From the NCBI GenBank assembly GCA_004431415.1, contig QPMI01000634.1, positions 52,751 to 116,750 on the forward strand: 64,000 nucleotides of DNA, in the 5' to 3' direction. The translations under genes were made by a program, and so were the position numbers. This document shows, one piece after another, positions 26,014-37,605 of the stretch; position 1 is the first letter of the stretch, and every line of letters starts with the position of its first letter. The notes under the pieces were generated by a model. The model was not told the DNA's origin, did not search any database, and saw only the letters and a program-made list of their open reading frames with translations. Source of the DNA: Cyanophora paradoxa CCMP329 (Eukaryota > Plantae > Glaucophyta).

Positions 26014-26265
26014 CCGTAGACGACTTAAATACCGCGCCACATATTACCGCGTTCTAAAAGTTTTGCGCCGGTAGGCGCATTAGCGCGGTACCGAATTAGC
26101 GCGTTTTCATCAAATTGGGGTACGGCCCATACAAAACTGCTAGCAAATCTAAGCAAAAGACTATAGCTATTACCGCGCTACCAAATTACCGCGTTATAAA
26201 ATTTTTGAGCGCGGTAATATGGTAGCGCGGTAGTTAAGTCAGCGCGGTATATAAGTCGTCTACGG
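26014..26265. mobile_element. MITE, TA|CCGT terminus (Tc1/mariner-pogo-like)
   Basis: TIR CCGTAGACGACTTAAATACCGCGC...GCGCGGTATATAAGTCGTCTACGG. Related to 28600 and 29032. Confidence 0.8.
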
Positions 26266-27458
26266 AACGGTAGTGGCCCGCCAGGCCCGGCGGCCAGGGC
26301 CGCCACCGCCGGTCCGCTGCATGCAGCTGCAGGGCCGCCAGTGGCCCGCAAGTTGGCCGCAACCGCCGGTCCGCCGCCCATGGCCACCGGTAGGCTGTAG
26401 CTAGATATACTACTGCTATAGTGATCATCGGATGTTGCCACCAGTAATGTAATGATATATAATGATGCTCTATCATGACGATGATGTGATGCATGATAGA
26501 GTATCGTCATGAAACCCCATGTTATCACCATCGATATCACCCCCCGGTCATCATGCAAATTATACACACCGGGCCGGGCCGGGAGCGAATTAAATTATTA
26601 ACCGGCATGCATATATACGCCCATAGCTACTAGTACTAGGCTAGGCCTTCCGGGATCCATGTGCAAATGCATATGTTCGAATCGCCCTGCGATGAGAATG
26701 ACCGTGGCACGTGCACGCCTTCGAATCCCGCCCGTTCCACAGTTCCAAATTTCTGGTCTATCGATATCGATATCATCATGGCATATATATATGCATACGC
26801 ATGCATGCGCATGGCCCATGGCCATGGCCACCTTGCCTGTCTGCGCCCCCACAGTGCTGCAGTAGACTAGACGTCACTAGAGGCTAGAGCTCGAGCCTCG
26901 GAGCTCGAGGCATGCGCGCAGTGGCTGGTAATATTAATTCACCAAATTTTTAAAAAAACGAATTCGCCGGGCAAATGATTTTTTGAGAGACTACGGTGCA
27001 TGGGGCGAACCCCCCGTAGTTAGTGCGGGCAAATGAACTACGCGGCGATACTATGATATTAGTCTATCCATCCGAAATCAATTATAAAGCCATCCTAGCT
27101 ACCATTACCGTAGTATTACGTGTACTAGCTAATAGCTACACTATGACTCAGTGATAGGCTACGTATACGTATATATACCTGCTGATTGAAGCCTGATTCA
27201 TATATATGTTATGCGGCTTATGCCATGATGCGCTGGTGCTGGACCGGACGGCTAGTGGACTGTGAAGCAGTACTACCATGCAGGCTACTAGGCTAGTACC
27301 AGCTAGCCTGGCAGTAGTAATGCAATATAATGCCAATATTACTAATATACTCACTGAGTGAGGCTGTAGACTCTGAGAATTACTGCAGTATATATATATA
27401 TTATTTTTTTTATATTCCATCGAGCCTCGAGGCTCACGGACTCTAGATCTGACATGTA

Positions 27459-27757
27459 CTGTAGAACTGGTTAATTTAGTACAGGAAAATAATTAGTACT
27501 TCGCGATTTTGGTCATTTTAGTGGGCGGGAAATATTTGGTAGGTCCGGCCAAACCGCTCCCTAGGGGGGCGTCAGCGGAGGCCCCCCCCGCCCCCCCCGC
27601 GCCCCCGCCGCTGCAGATCGCTGCTGTCAATGTTACGTTACTGTACAAGTCGAGAAACCGCTAGCCCTAGCTGCTCGATAATTAAAACTTTGTTACTTCG
27701 CTCAAAACTTTTTAGTACTATAAATATGCAGCCCACTAAATATTTCTGGTTCTCCAG
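27459..27757. mobile_element. MITE, TA-flanked (CTGTAGAACT family)
   Basis: TA|CTGTAGAACTGG...CTGGTTCTCCAG|TA. Inverted homolog of 11919-12153 with a different core. Confidence 0.75.
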
Positions 27758-27759
27758 TA

Positions 27760-27970
27760 CACGGAGTCATCGCGATCGCGATCGAGCTCGAGCGTCTTCA
27801 TTTTTTATCGTGAATGTCGAGCTCGAGACTCGAGCAAATTAGATCAAAATATATATACAGAATCAAATATTACAGATCATAGGGATGGCGGACTCTCGAG
27901 CTCGAGTCTCGAGCTTGACATTTACGATAAAAAATGAAGACGCTCGAGGCTCGAGCTCGATGACTCCGTG
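27760..27970. mobile_element. Small foldback element with ~70-bp inverted arms
   Basis: CACGGAGTCATCG...GAGCGTCTTCATTTTTTATCGT...GAGACTCGAGC versus its reverse complement at ~27900-27970. Confidence 0.6.
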
Positions 27971-28599
27971 AGCCTCGATCGCGAGGAGTCGATCGCGAGG
28001 ACTCGAGAGTCGAGAGTCGAGGTTCGATCAAATATATACATATATATACTGCATTATATATATCGCGATTCGCGAATGGCAAACCGCGAATTCGAATGGC
28101 AACGAAAAACCTTTGTTTTGGTTTTTTTCATGAACGGCGGACTCTCGAGATCGTGTCTCGACGACTCTCTAGACTCTCTCGCGCGTGACACGACTCACAC
28201 AAGTCACTGAGTCCGACGGTCAATGTACATGTCAGTGAGTCAGTGCACGTGTCACTCAGTGATCATGAGGCTGACATGCCATGATGAGCCTCGGCCCTCG
28301 AGCTCATGATGCCAACTGGCAATCATGCCATGATGATGGCCCTCATCACTGAGTCACTGCAGCTGACAGCCTGGCAGCTGCTGACTCTGACACAGTGACA
28401 CTGAGTCATGGGACTCACTGAGTCATGGCGCGGCATGCGCATGCGCATGCCATGATGATCAGCGATGAGTCGCCGATGACTCAGCCGGTCACAGTGTGGC
28501 CGTACCGTAGTACTACTAGTACCGTATCCCGTAGTACCGGGTCGGCCCGCCGGGCCGGCCCGGTCCACCGTGGCACGATCATCGGCGCCGGCGATCCTA

Positions 28600-28835
28600 C
28601 CGTGTAATACTTAATAACCGCGCTGACATAACTACTGCGCTACCATATTACTGCGCTCAAAAAGTTTAGAACGCAGTAATTTGGTAGCGCAGTAACACCC
28701 CTTTGGCCTATTACCCCCGTATAATATTTTCCGAGGCCGATGGAACGCAGTAATTTGGTGGCGCAGTAAAGCGCCTACCAGCGCAGAAATTTTAGAACGC
28801 AATAATATGTGGCGCAGTAATTAAGTGTTACACGG
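28600..28835. mobile_element. MITE, TA TSD
   Basis: TA|CCGTGTAATACTTAAT...ATTAAGTGTTACACGG|TA, with internal TTACTGCGC/GCGCAGTAA repeats. Confidence 0.85.
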
Positions 28836-29031
28836 TAGCCAGCGCTAGCCACCTTGCCTGTATACGCGGCATAATACGCCCCCGCAGTGCTGGAGTAGAC
28901 TAGAGGCTGTGGCCGGTAATTCACCAAAAACAAAATAGCTATATATATTATGATAGCACTGGTGACTGGTGCCACTGGCCACTGTGCCCACTGGGCCAGT
29001 GCAGCCTGGCAGGCCGACTCGGCGAGCTATA

Positions 29032-29289
29032 CCGTGTAATACTTAATTACCGCGCTGACATAACTACTGCGCTACCATTCTACTGCGCTCAAAATTTTTA
29101 GAACGCAGTAATTTGGTAGCGCAGTATTACGGTACTATTACCCCCTTGGCTAACAAATAATACGTTTTCGAAGCTGATAGAACGCAGTAATTTGGTAGCG
29201 CAGGCTAGCGCTGCGCGCAGTAAAGCGCCTATCGGCGCAGAATTTTTAGAACGCAGTAATTTGTGGCGCAGTAAATAAGTGTTACACGG
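29032..29289. mobile_element. MITE, TA TSD (sister of 28600-28835)
   Basis: TA|CCGTGTAATACTTAATTACCGCGC...AATAAGTGTTACACGG|TA. Confidence 0.85.
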
Positions 29290-29520
29290 TAGCTAGGGCC
29301 GCCAGGCCCGTATCATAGCCTAGCAGCAGCAGCGCTAGCAACAGCAGCAACCGCTGAACGGGCGATGCGCCTGCGCCTCCCGGTAGCGCCCCGCCGCTCC
29401 GCCGCGCCCAGCACTGCGGCACTGCAGCGGCAGCGCCGCTTCCCGGAGTCAGGCACTGCAGCTGCTTGCGCAGGCAATGTCACGTGCACACGTGTGCGGA
29501 TCTGCTGCATATGCAATACT

Positions 29521-32500
29521 ATGACTATCTTTACTCGTACTACGATAATGCCAAGGACCTGGACACGTAGGCGGTTGCCGCTGCGGCCGCGGCCGTACGC
29601 CTCGAAGTCATCCGCAAGCTCAGCGCTCGCGCTTGCGCTCCTGATTGCTGCCGCTTGCACATCTATTGGGCGAGCTTCGGCGAAGCGCCCGCACCGCTAT
29701 CGGCATCGGTCGGCTGCAGCAGCAGCAACTTCGGGCTCCGATGCGCCAGCGCCGATCCTCGGATACGCACGGGGGAGTGCTGACGATCCCCTGGGGACTT
29801 TCATGCTGTGGTTCGCATCAAATGGCGGCGTGGCAAGCAAAGTGAAGATAGGAGACGTGGGGGACGGCGCACGCGGGTTGGTGGCCACCGAGCCGATCGA
29901 GGTGGGTCAATGATCATGATGTCCGCGCGTGCGCGTGTGCTTGAGCTTTGCAAAGCTCATCAGAGCCCGGTCCCTGCGAAACGCTGATCTTTTCGATCTG
30001 ATCGTCCCCGTACAGCCAGGGGATCTACTTGTCGAGGTCCCCAGCTTCTTTCCTTTAACCTTTTTCTCTCTCATTCCTTTATTCATTGGTCTCTTCTAAA
30101 CCACGCGATCGATCGATCGCTTTTGCGGCAGGTGCCCGCATCCATCTTTCTGAACTGCGAGGGCCACTTCATGGACGCTTGGATCCCTGCCGGCATTCGC
30201 GACCGGTGCACGAGATTACCAGTTAAATTATTGAAGTTAGATTCGTCAACTCAGTGACTCCTAGCAAAAATCGCAAAAATTGACACGCCGTACACGTGCG
30301 TTGGCTCAGAGGGAACTGGTGCGTGGCGGTGCGACTCGTACAGGAGCGCAGCGACCCCGCGAGCCGGTGGGGCCCATACCTCCGGTGCGATCGCCTGAAT
30401 GCCGTCGACCCCATGTAAAGCTACCGTCTTAATTATATTGTCAGGCTATTGCCGGAGAGCGTGGACCAACTGTGGGATTTCGACGCTGAAGAGGTCCGCG
30501 AGCTGGACAGCCCGCAAGCAAACGGTGCGCACATGTACATGCATGCGGAAGCTCACACCTATATTTATCATTTTATTAATTCTCGCTGCTTTGATTGCCG
30601 ATCGGTCAGTATTTTCTATTTGAACTGATCGAATCCCACGCGAAGAGGAGATGCGTGTCAGAAATGAAACGCTTTATCTGGTTCACGAGCATGTGCAGTC
30701 GCAAATGCGTGCGCATGCGCACGAAGAGAAGAAGCCAAAACCTTGGCCTCTGAAAACTGTAGGCTAAAATTTGCTCTCGGCCTCTAGGAATGCTCTATGA
30801 TATTCTTCACAAAAGTTTCGTAAATCCGTCCATCAGTTGACGATAGGTGCTTTGCGGCGAGCGGCCTCGATCGTCTTTAGCCGTGCGTGGTCAAATTACG
30901 GCCTGGTGCGCTCGCAACCGATACTATTTGCTCATGATTTTCATAATTATCGATTGCAGGTGCCGTTTATTGATATGGCAAATCATAACAGCAAAAAGGT
31001 ATGCAATTCTGCAATGCGATGGTTTTGAACGGAAAGTGTGCGATTTCGAAAATAATCTACGCCGCAGGGTGATGAGATGCGGGTAGAACAAGTCCCCAAC
31101 GCGCGCCTGGGAGCCCAGTGGGTCGCTGGAACCCTTCGGGCAATCACCTCCTACAACCCCGGCGACCAGGCAAAATCTGATATTCTCGTATACACATTCA
31201 AAAACCTCGTCTGTCCTTTATCTGATTGGCGGCTTCGACTTCTCAGGTTTACGACTCGTACGGATCCGAAAGGCCCATGGCGAGCATTTGTTATTTCTGC
31301 ATTTCGATTTGAATTGTCGGAATCTTTCTCTCCAAATCTCAAACATTTGCAGGCTGACTTGCTTCTTAACCACGGCTTCGTGTCGGTTCGTCATTCAAAT
31401 CAATATTCATTCGCACCTCCTGCCTTCACATTTATAATGACCACGTGCGTGCGCACACTTGACGTTCGATCCTAACGCTCGGCGGGCGGCAGGCGCCCGA
31501 GGACAGCGTGGCGGTGCTGCACCTCAGCATCGAGCGCCGCGACGACACGCTCGACGCCATTAAGGTGCCAAACTATATATTTCAATTTTTGGGACGACGT
31601 CATTTCTAAATATGTCGTGCGCGCGCGTGCAGGCGATGGAGGCTCGCGGCGTTGCGGTGCCCTCCGCATCGGGCGGCCGGTAAGCCTACATATTTAAGCT
31701 CTAGATCTAGCAAGGTTCTTGCGGTTGGCACTGGTGTCACAGCGCGCGTGCAGGCACATGCTGTCGTTCGTTCGGGAGGGCGGCATCCCGCAGTCCACCC
31801 TCGACTTCTTCCGCCTCGTACCCCCTTCTCTGCCTCTCCCCACTGTGGCACTCTTCGCCGTTTTCCAAGCCTCCGCGCGGCAGGCCTCGTACACGGGGCC
31901 CCCGGAGCGGGCGCCGGCCTCGGGGTTCATCAGCGTCGAGAACGAGCGCCTCGCCCTGCGGGACCTCCGCCAGCACCTTCTCGGCCTCCTCGTGCGCCCC
32001 CCTCGTCTCTTTCGAGCTCACTGCAGCTGGATCAGGGATCTCGCTCACTTTTCTTTTCTAACGCAGGAGCACTCTCCAGGCTCGGAAGAGGCGAGCGTGC
32101 ACATATTTTGAATTGTTCACCCTTGCGATCGCCTAGTCTGACGTCGACCCGACCCCGCGGGCAGGCGGATCGCGCGGAGCTGGAGCGTCTGAGGCTGGCC
32201 TCGAAAGAGCTGGCGCCCGAAGACCCCGCCGCTGTGGTGAATCCTTGGATGCTCGGCCGGGCGCCGTGCGGCCGCTTGAAGTCGGGGGCCTTATACCGGA
32301 CGGTCGCAGAAGCTGCGCCGGCGGGAGCTGGTGGTGCGGGCGCGCATGCAGGAGAACCGCATCCGCACAAGCATCGTCAAGGCGCGTCGCGTCAGCTTTC
32401 AGTCTACTCTTGCATTTTCAGCTGGGCCTGTCTAGATCTGACTCTCGTATTTCCACAGCTGTGCGATCGGGTGCTTCGACAGGTGCGATCACGCAGAAAT

Positions 32501-32611
32501 AAACAAAGCAAAGAGCTCGAGCGCTCTCAAGCCTCTTCTAACTCCGCGCTGCATGCGCAGCTCTCTCCGTCCGAAGAGCTCTGGCAGCAGATGATGGCGG
32601 GAAAGTCGTGA
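29521..32611 (+). CDS. SET-domain protein methyltransferase of the SETD3/Rubisco-LSMT (RBCMT) family with LSMT substrate-binding domain; N-terminal hydrophobic segment
   Basis: Exons give FMLWFASNGG, GARGLVATEPIEPGDLLVEVP, SRWGPYLR-LLP, AASIVFSRAW, VPFIDMANH (SET motif), GDQVYDSYG, ADLLLNHGFV and ISVENERLALRDL. Start is 29521 or 29548; stop TGA at 32609-32611. Confidence 0.85.
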
Positions 32612-32757
32612 CCCGCCGATCTACATCTCAGCTGTGCGTGCAGCAACCGGTACCTAGTCTGGTTTAGATTCAGCTGAAGATCGTGCAGGAGACTGCCAAC
32701 GTCGGCGTCGTCACGGCGATAGAACTAGAACTTCGGAACAGCATATAGTCGGTAGCT

Positions 32758-32882
32758 CCATGGCCGGCACCTTGCTAGCGTCTTCGGCTAGACAGATGAC
32801 CGGTCGGAAGGGCACGTCACGTAGAACATTGATACATGTGCCGTGGTGTATCAATGCGACGTCCACTTTTGCAAAAAAAAAA
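32758..32882 (+). mobile_element. Poly(A)-tailed retroposon, 5'-truncated copy with 18-bp TSD
   Basis: AGCATATAGTCGGTAGCT at 32740-32757 and 32883-32900. Ends ...ACTTTTGC followed by an A-run. Same 3' sequence as 16252-16370. Confidence 0.85.
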
Positions 32883-33254
32883 AGCATATAGTCGGTAGCT
32901 ATAGGACAGTCGATAGCTATAGCTATAGCTATAGATCCTGTAATAGCGGTCCTGTACATGTTATAGGTCGCAGCCGTACCGGCACGTGCACCCCTTTCCC
33001 CCGGCTGGGGTCCCTCGAATTCGAAGAAGAGTCACGCCCCGCACACGGGAAGCAAGCACGCGCATCTCGGGGAGTGCCTCTCGCTTGAAGCGCGAAACAG
33101 CCCCCGCGAATGAAGGCCGAAAGGGGCCCTGCACCGTGAGCAGCGCAGCCACGAGGAGAGTCCGGTAACCCCTTCCCCTGGCCTGGGTACCCAGCACCTG
33201 GTGAAGATCTAGAGGTCATAGCTATAGAAGAGTCGGCCGTGGGTATCCACGCAC

Positions 33255-33340
33255 AGGAAAGAGAGGTTGTAGAGGAGTCCCGTCTCGCGGCTGCGGAACG
33301 CCTTCTCGAGGTGTCGCGATCGTCCCCCTTAAGCTTGCCT
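33255..33340 (-). pseudogene. Disabled copy of one exon of the NTF2-like gene
   Basis: Near-identical to ~19255-19327 (LEKAFRSRETGLLYNLS), but with two 6-bp palindromic insertions and a 1-bp loss. Confidence 0.65.
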
Positions 33341-33849
33341 CCGGCCCGGCGGGGCCGGGGTACGTGCCCGAGCGCCCTGCGAGGGGGGTCGACGTCCGCT
33401 CCCCTGCCGCCCCGCCCGCTCCTTCGAATTCTGAAGGACGTGGGCGGGCAGGTACGCGGCGGAGATATCGATGGGGCGGCTGGAGACGGCGGTGCTGGCG
33501 GCGCGCGAGGGATTCGCGTACCCCGACCTGGAGAGAAAGTAGGTAGCGGGCTCCTGCCCGCTGGGCGCCTCTCCGGCTGCCGCGAATCACCTTGGCGATG
33601 CCTCCACCCCTCCTCTAGCCGGTTAGCCGCGCGTCCGTTAGGAATCCGCTCCGTGGGTCGGTTCGGCGAGCCACTCCAGCGGACACCAGCGGCGGCTTCA
33701 GCAGCTGCTCTCTCGTTCAGCCCAAGCACTTCTCTGCGGCAACGATCGGCCGCCCGCGGCTATGGGGCCGGCGACCTGTGCTGCGCCCGCGCAGCTGATC
33801 GTCGGTCGTGTGATTGCGCGCCCGCGTCGCGGCCGTGGGCGTCGCGGCC

Positions 33850-35450
33850 GCACAGATACTTGGATTCCTGGCGAGGCGACGTGCTTCTGAGCACTCGGGC
33901 GGCCCGGGGCCTCCCAACCCCCGCCGCAGCGGACTCCCCGCGCGCGCGCGCGTGCGCCAGCTGGAGGCGGTATCTCTCGGCCAAGGAGCACGGGTCGCTG
34001 GCTGCGGCTGGCGATGCTGTGCGCCCGCCGGTTTTCACCCGGGCTCTCACGGGCTCCGGTTTCCGGCCCTCCCTGGGTTAGATCTCCTTGCTTTCTTAGT
34101 ACGTTTCCTCCCTACCAAACTGAGGGCTATAGTTCAGGCTCAGCCGCTTCGACCTCATCCTCGCTTATACATCGGTCCTCTCTGTAGGCGCCCTTGTCCT
34201 GAGGGGGTTATAGTAGCTCAGCTCTGCTTCGGCTCTCTAGGCAGGTGTAGGCAGCGTTTCTAGGCAGGTATAGGCTCTTTCTCCAGTATAATAGCTCCAC
34301 CCGGTCCGATGTCCGAAAGGCTTAGTCCCGTAGGCTCATCTCTCGACTTGACACAGATGGACACATCAGTTTTATCCTTAGCCATTTGTCTCGGTGTGTG
34401 CGAATTCAGACGTTACTCCTGGCGGCGCGCGAGGCCCAGGACCGTGGGGAGACCCTCCCCGATCGCGAGGCGCCCTCCCTGCCCCCCGCCCCCTCCGGGC
34501 CGACGGGGGCGGGTGGGGCCGGCCTTCGCAGCGCTGCGGGAGCCCGGCTGCGCCCGCGCCATTTGCGCCCTCCTCCGCGAAGCCTTCGCCGTCTCCCGCC
34601 GCGCCCACCCGTCCGCCCCCGCCCGTCCCGCCCCGTCCCACCCCGCTGCACTCCCCTCTCGGGTCCGACGCTGACGGGCCCCGGGCCCGGGGTCCGGAGC
34701 AGTCGACGGCGCCCCGGTTATGCATGGACGCCGTCTGGCGCGCCCGCCTCGAGGTCGCCCTGAGGCCCCGGGGGCAGGTGCGCGGCGCTGGAGGCGTGCG
34801 CGTGGGCGTCGGTGGGGGACCTCCCCCGCATGTGGCGCGGCAGGCCCTCCTCTTCGCCGAGAAGGGTCCGCTGCGCCCCCGCCGCCCCCCCTCCCCCCCC
34901 CCCCCCCCCCCTCCCGTACGCGGTGGTGGCGCGGGCGACAGAGGCGCTGCGGGAGCCGGGCCGCGCCCGCGCCCTCTGCGCCCTCCTCCGCGAGGCCTTC
35001 GCCGTCTCCAGCCGCGCCCCGCCGTCCGCCCCCGCCCCCTCGGATCGGGCCGGGTCCGGTGCACTCCCCTCTCGGGTCCGGCGCTGACGGGCCCCGGGCC
35101 CCCCACCCCCTTCCCCCCGCATCGCACCGCCTCCACGTGCGCCCGCCCCGCAGCCGGTCCCGCCCCGCCCCTCACCGCCCGCACCCGCAGCGAGGCGCTG
35201 CTCTGGCGGGCGCGCCTCCGCTGGGCGCAGGTGCCCGCCCCTCCCTCGCGGGCGCCTTCGAGGCGGGACGCCTCACGCGGCGGCGACGGGGCAGCCGTCG
35301 GCGGCGGGGCGCTTCTACTCGCTGGCGGGGGCCGGCGGCGGCTCCTTCATCGCCGAGTGGGCGGCGTGCCGCGCCCTGCGCGCCGTCGGCTTCTGGGAGG
35401 CCGCCCGCCGCCTCGAGCTCGAGAAGGACCGCCCCACCCGCTTCAGGCGC
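33850..35450 (+). CDS. Fragmentary multi-exon gene, helical-repeat (HAT/TPR-like) appearance, with internal exon-intron duplication
   Basis: WRRYLSAKE, ARAICALLREAF / ARALCALLREAF (duplicated ~34530-34690 vs ~34945-35100), and DAVWRARLEV / EALLWRARLRW. Confidence 0.3.
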
Positions 35451-35856
35451 CCCGCCCCGCCCGCTCGCTCGGGCCGCCCCGCTCCCTCGGGCCGCCCCGG
35501 CCGCGGGCGCCGCCTGATCCCCTGCCCCGCCCTCCCCGCAGCAGGCGGCCGCCGCGGGGCACCGGTGCGGACGGGAAGGGCGGGGAGGGCGCGCGGTCAG
35601 GGCGGCGGCCGCGCGCGGGCGCCCGAGGTTTGGATTCTGCAGCGAGCGCGGGTGCGCTGCGAGGGGGGGCGTTGAGGGGCTCGCCGAAGCGGCGCACACT
35701 GAACCTCGGTCTGCTGCGCGCAGCGGCCGCTCGTTCCGGAGTCGGGGTCGGGACGGCGGGCGCGAGCGCTCGGACGGGGGCGATCGCGAGCGGGGCGGGT
35801 GCGGCCGGCGCCGCGCAGGCCGCTTCCTATAGCTAGCGTTTCTGTCTCTAGATCTA

Positions 35857-35953
35857 CACTGGGGCTTAAGAAAGTCTGTTTCCCGGGGGAAACATGCACG
35901 TGTTTCCCGGCCAGCCGGGAAACACGCGCCAGTTTCCCGGGAGGTGGGAAACA
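35857..35953 (+). mobile_element. Candidate left terminus of a CACTA/EnSpm-superfamily (CACTG) DNA transposon with subterminal inverted repeats
   Basis: CACTGGGGCTTAAGAAAG is followed by three GTTTCCC...GGGAAAC hairpins. Base composition shifts from very GC-rich to more balanced at this point. No matching right end in the window. Confidence 0.4.
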
Positions 35954-36711
35954 GAGCTGCAACCTGGTCGTGAGGCGAGTCAGCAGCGCGGGGGCGCAGC
36001 GCTGTGCCACTGCGTACGCAGACCTTAGCTACATAGCTGATGACGGCGCTGCAAAGAGCCGATGGCCAGATTGACCCGGTTGGCCATGTGCTGCTGTGCC
36101 CGGGTTCGTCAAGAAAACGAGCGCGCGCTACCAAAGCGTGCGGTTCAAAGTTGCTTACAGCTCATTTGGAGACGTTCTAGGTGGTTAAAACATGTGCTTT
36201 GGGGTCGGCGTGGTCCACCGATCAAATGTCGGGCTGAGCCCGGAACGCATCGCTGGCGCGCCATTCTGCTGCAGATGTGCTTTGATGTGATCAATAAAGC
36301 AAATTGGAGACCCGCAGCTCACGCCGGAGAGCGATCGCTGTTACGTGCTGGCCGGGAAACACCAGGTGGGAAACGCGGGCGAGTTGCATGGCTTGGCCAA
36401 CTACGTCACTGGCGCTCGCTGGGGGTCCAGAACGACGCCTGCACATCGTCTGGTGCTTAGATGCAATGCTTAGATGGTTGAATAGCGCCGCTGTTCAACC
36501 TGTCTGGCTTGACGACGTCGTGCTGTGTTTCCTATCGGGCTCCTCCCCCCCCTTTGAAGCTGTATCCCTGCTAGCCAGGAAACGTCTGCAGCTTTTGCGG
36601 GGCTCTTTAAAGTGGCTGTTTCTCGTCCAGGATGCTATGTGCCTAAATGCGATGACGTTCACGTTGTGACTTGAATTCGGCCATGGCTGAGGTGCGACGT
36701 ACCTTGCGCAC

Positions 36712-37389
36712 ATGCATTCGTTTCTTAGGGAAACATCATCGCATCTCGCACCCAATTCCAAAGCACCGCTAAATAGCTCCCACGTGCAGGATGCAGATAA
36801 ACATCCGGGGAATGCAAACAAGGGCCGTTGCGGCCCGTGCGGATACCGATCTCAGCGGGCGGAGCCAAACGAGTTCGAAGGTCCGCGACACATGAGCAAA
36901 ACAAAGTACAATGGGGGACTCAGCAAATGTTTCTGTGCTGATTGCAAAGGCCTCGCTGTGCCAACATGGAAGCAAGACCTTCTTCATCTTGAGCGCATCA
37001 CTGGCCATGATCATGATCATACGTGTCCAGTGCCACCGAGCTCGAGTACATGTACAACGGAGGAGATGCATATGGAGGCGGCAGAAGGGCTCTGTGCGTT
37101 GAAATCGTCCACGGCCTGCTCCCCATTGCAACAGACAATGCAGTCTTCAGCTGCCGGCAGCCGAGGGCAGCCAGATTTCGAGCCTTCAAGTGTGACTGCT
37201 GCATGGCTGGCAGCTTGTGCACGCCTCTTCAGAGCCGCAGCAATCACAGCATTTTCATCGAGGGGTGCCGATCCCAGGACGTTCATGCACTGCATATTGT
37301 GTGGCACAACTGACGAAGGCAAGTTCCCACAAGCACCGCTTGCGTGGCCAGTGCACGATGACTGTCACCGGTGCGACAATATGCAATGA
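36712..37389 (+). CDS. Cys-rich, putative zinc-binding protein of unknown function
   Basis: 225-aa ORF in moderate-GC DNA with CGPC, CFCADC, CILC and CHRC motifs. It may be spliced to upstream 36304-36669. Confidence 0.35.
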   Translation: MHSFLRETSSHLAPNSKAPLNSSHVQDADKHPGNANKGRCGPCGYRSQRAEPNEFEGPRHMSKTKYNGGLSKCFCADCKGLAVPTWKQDLLHLERITGHDHDHTCPVPPSSSTCTTEEMHMEAAEGLCALKSSTACSPLQQTMQSSAAGSRGQPDFEPSSVTAAWLAACARLFRAAAITAFSSRGADPRTFMHCILCGTTDEGKFPQAPLAWPVHDDCHRCDNMQ

Positions 37390-37605
37390 TTGCAACATAC
37401 AGACAGTTCGTGTCTAGATCTGACTACGGTGAAAGACGCAGTTGGAGATTGTGCCTCCCCTGCATCAATCGAAATCCTGTGGAATAAGATCTAGATCTAG
37501 ATTTGCTGCGAATTCGAATATATGCATGAAATGTTGCGAGAGCCGCTCACCAAGCAGCTGCAGTCCGAACTCCAGCAAATCGAAAACGCAATTCTCACGC
37601 CAGGA

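Noticed and set aside
16252-32882. 16.6-kb transposon bounded by ~120-bp terminal inverted repeats
   Set aside because: Each copy has its own 18-bp TSD and A-tail, so they are independent retroposon insertions in opposite orientation.
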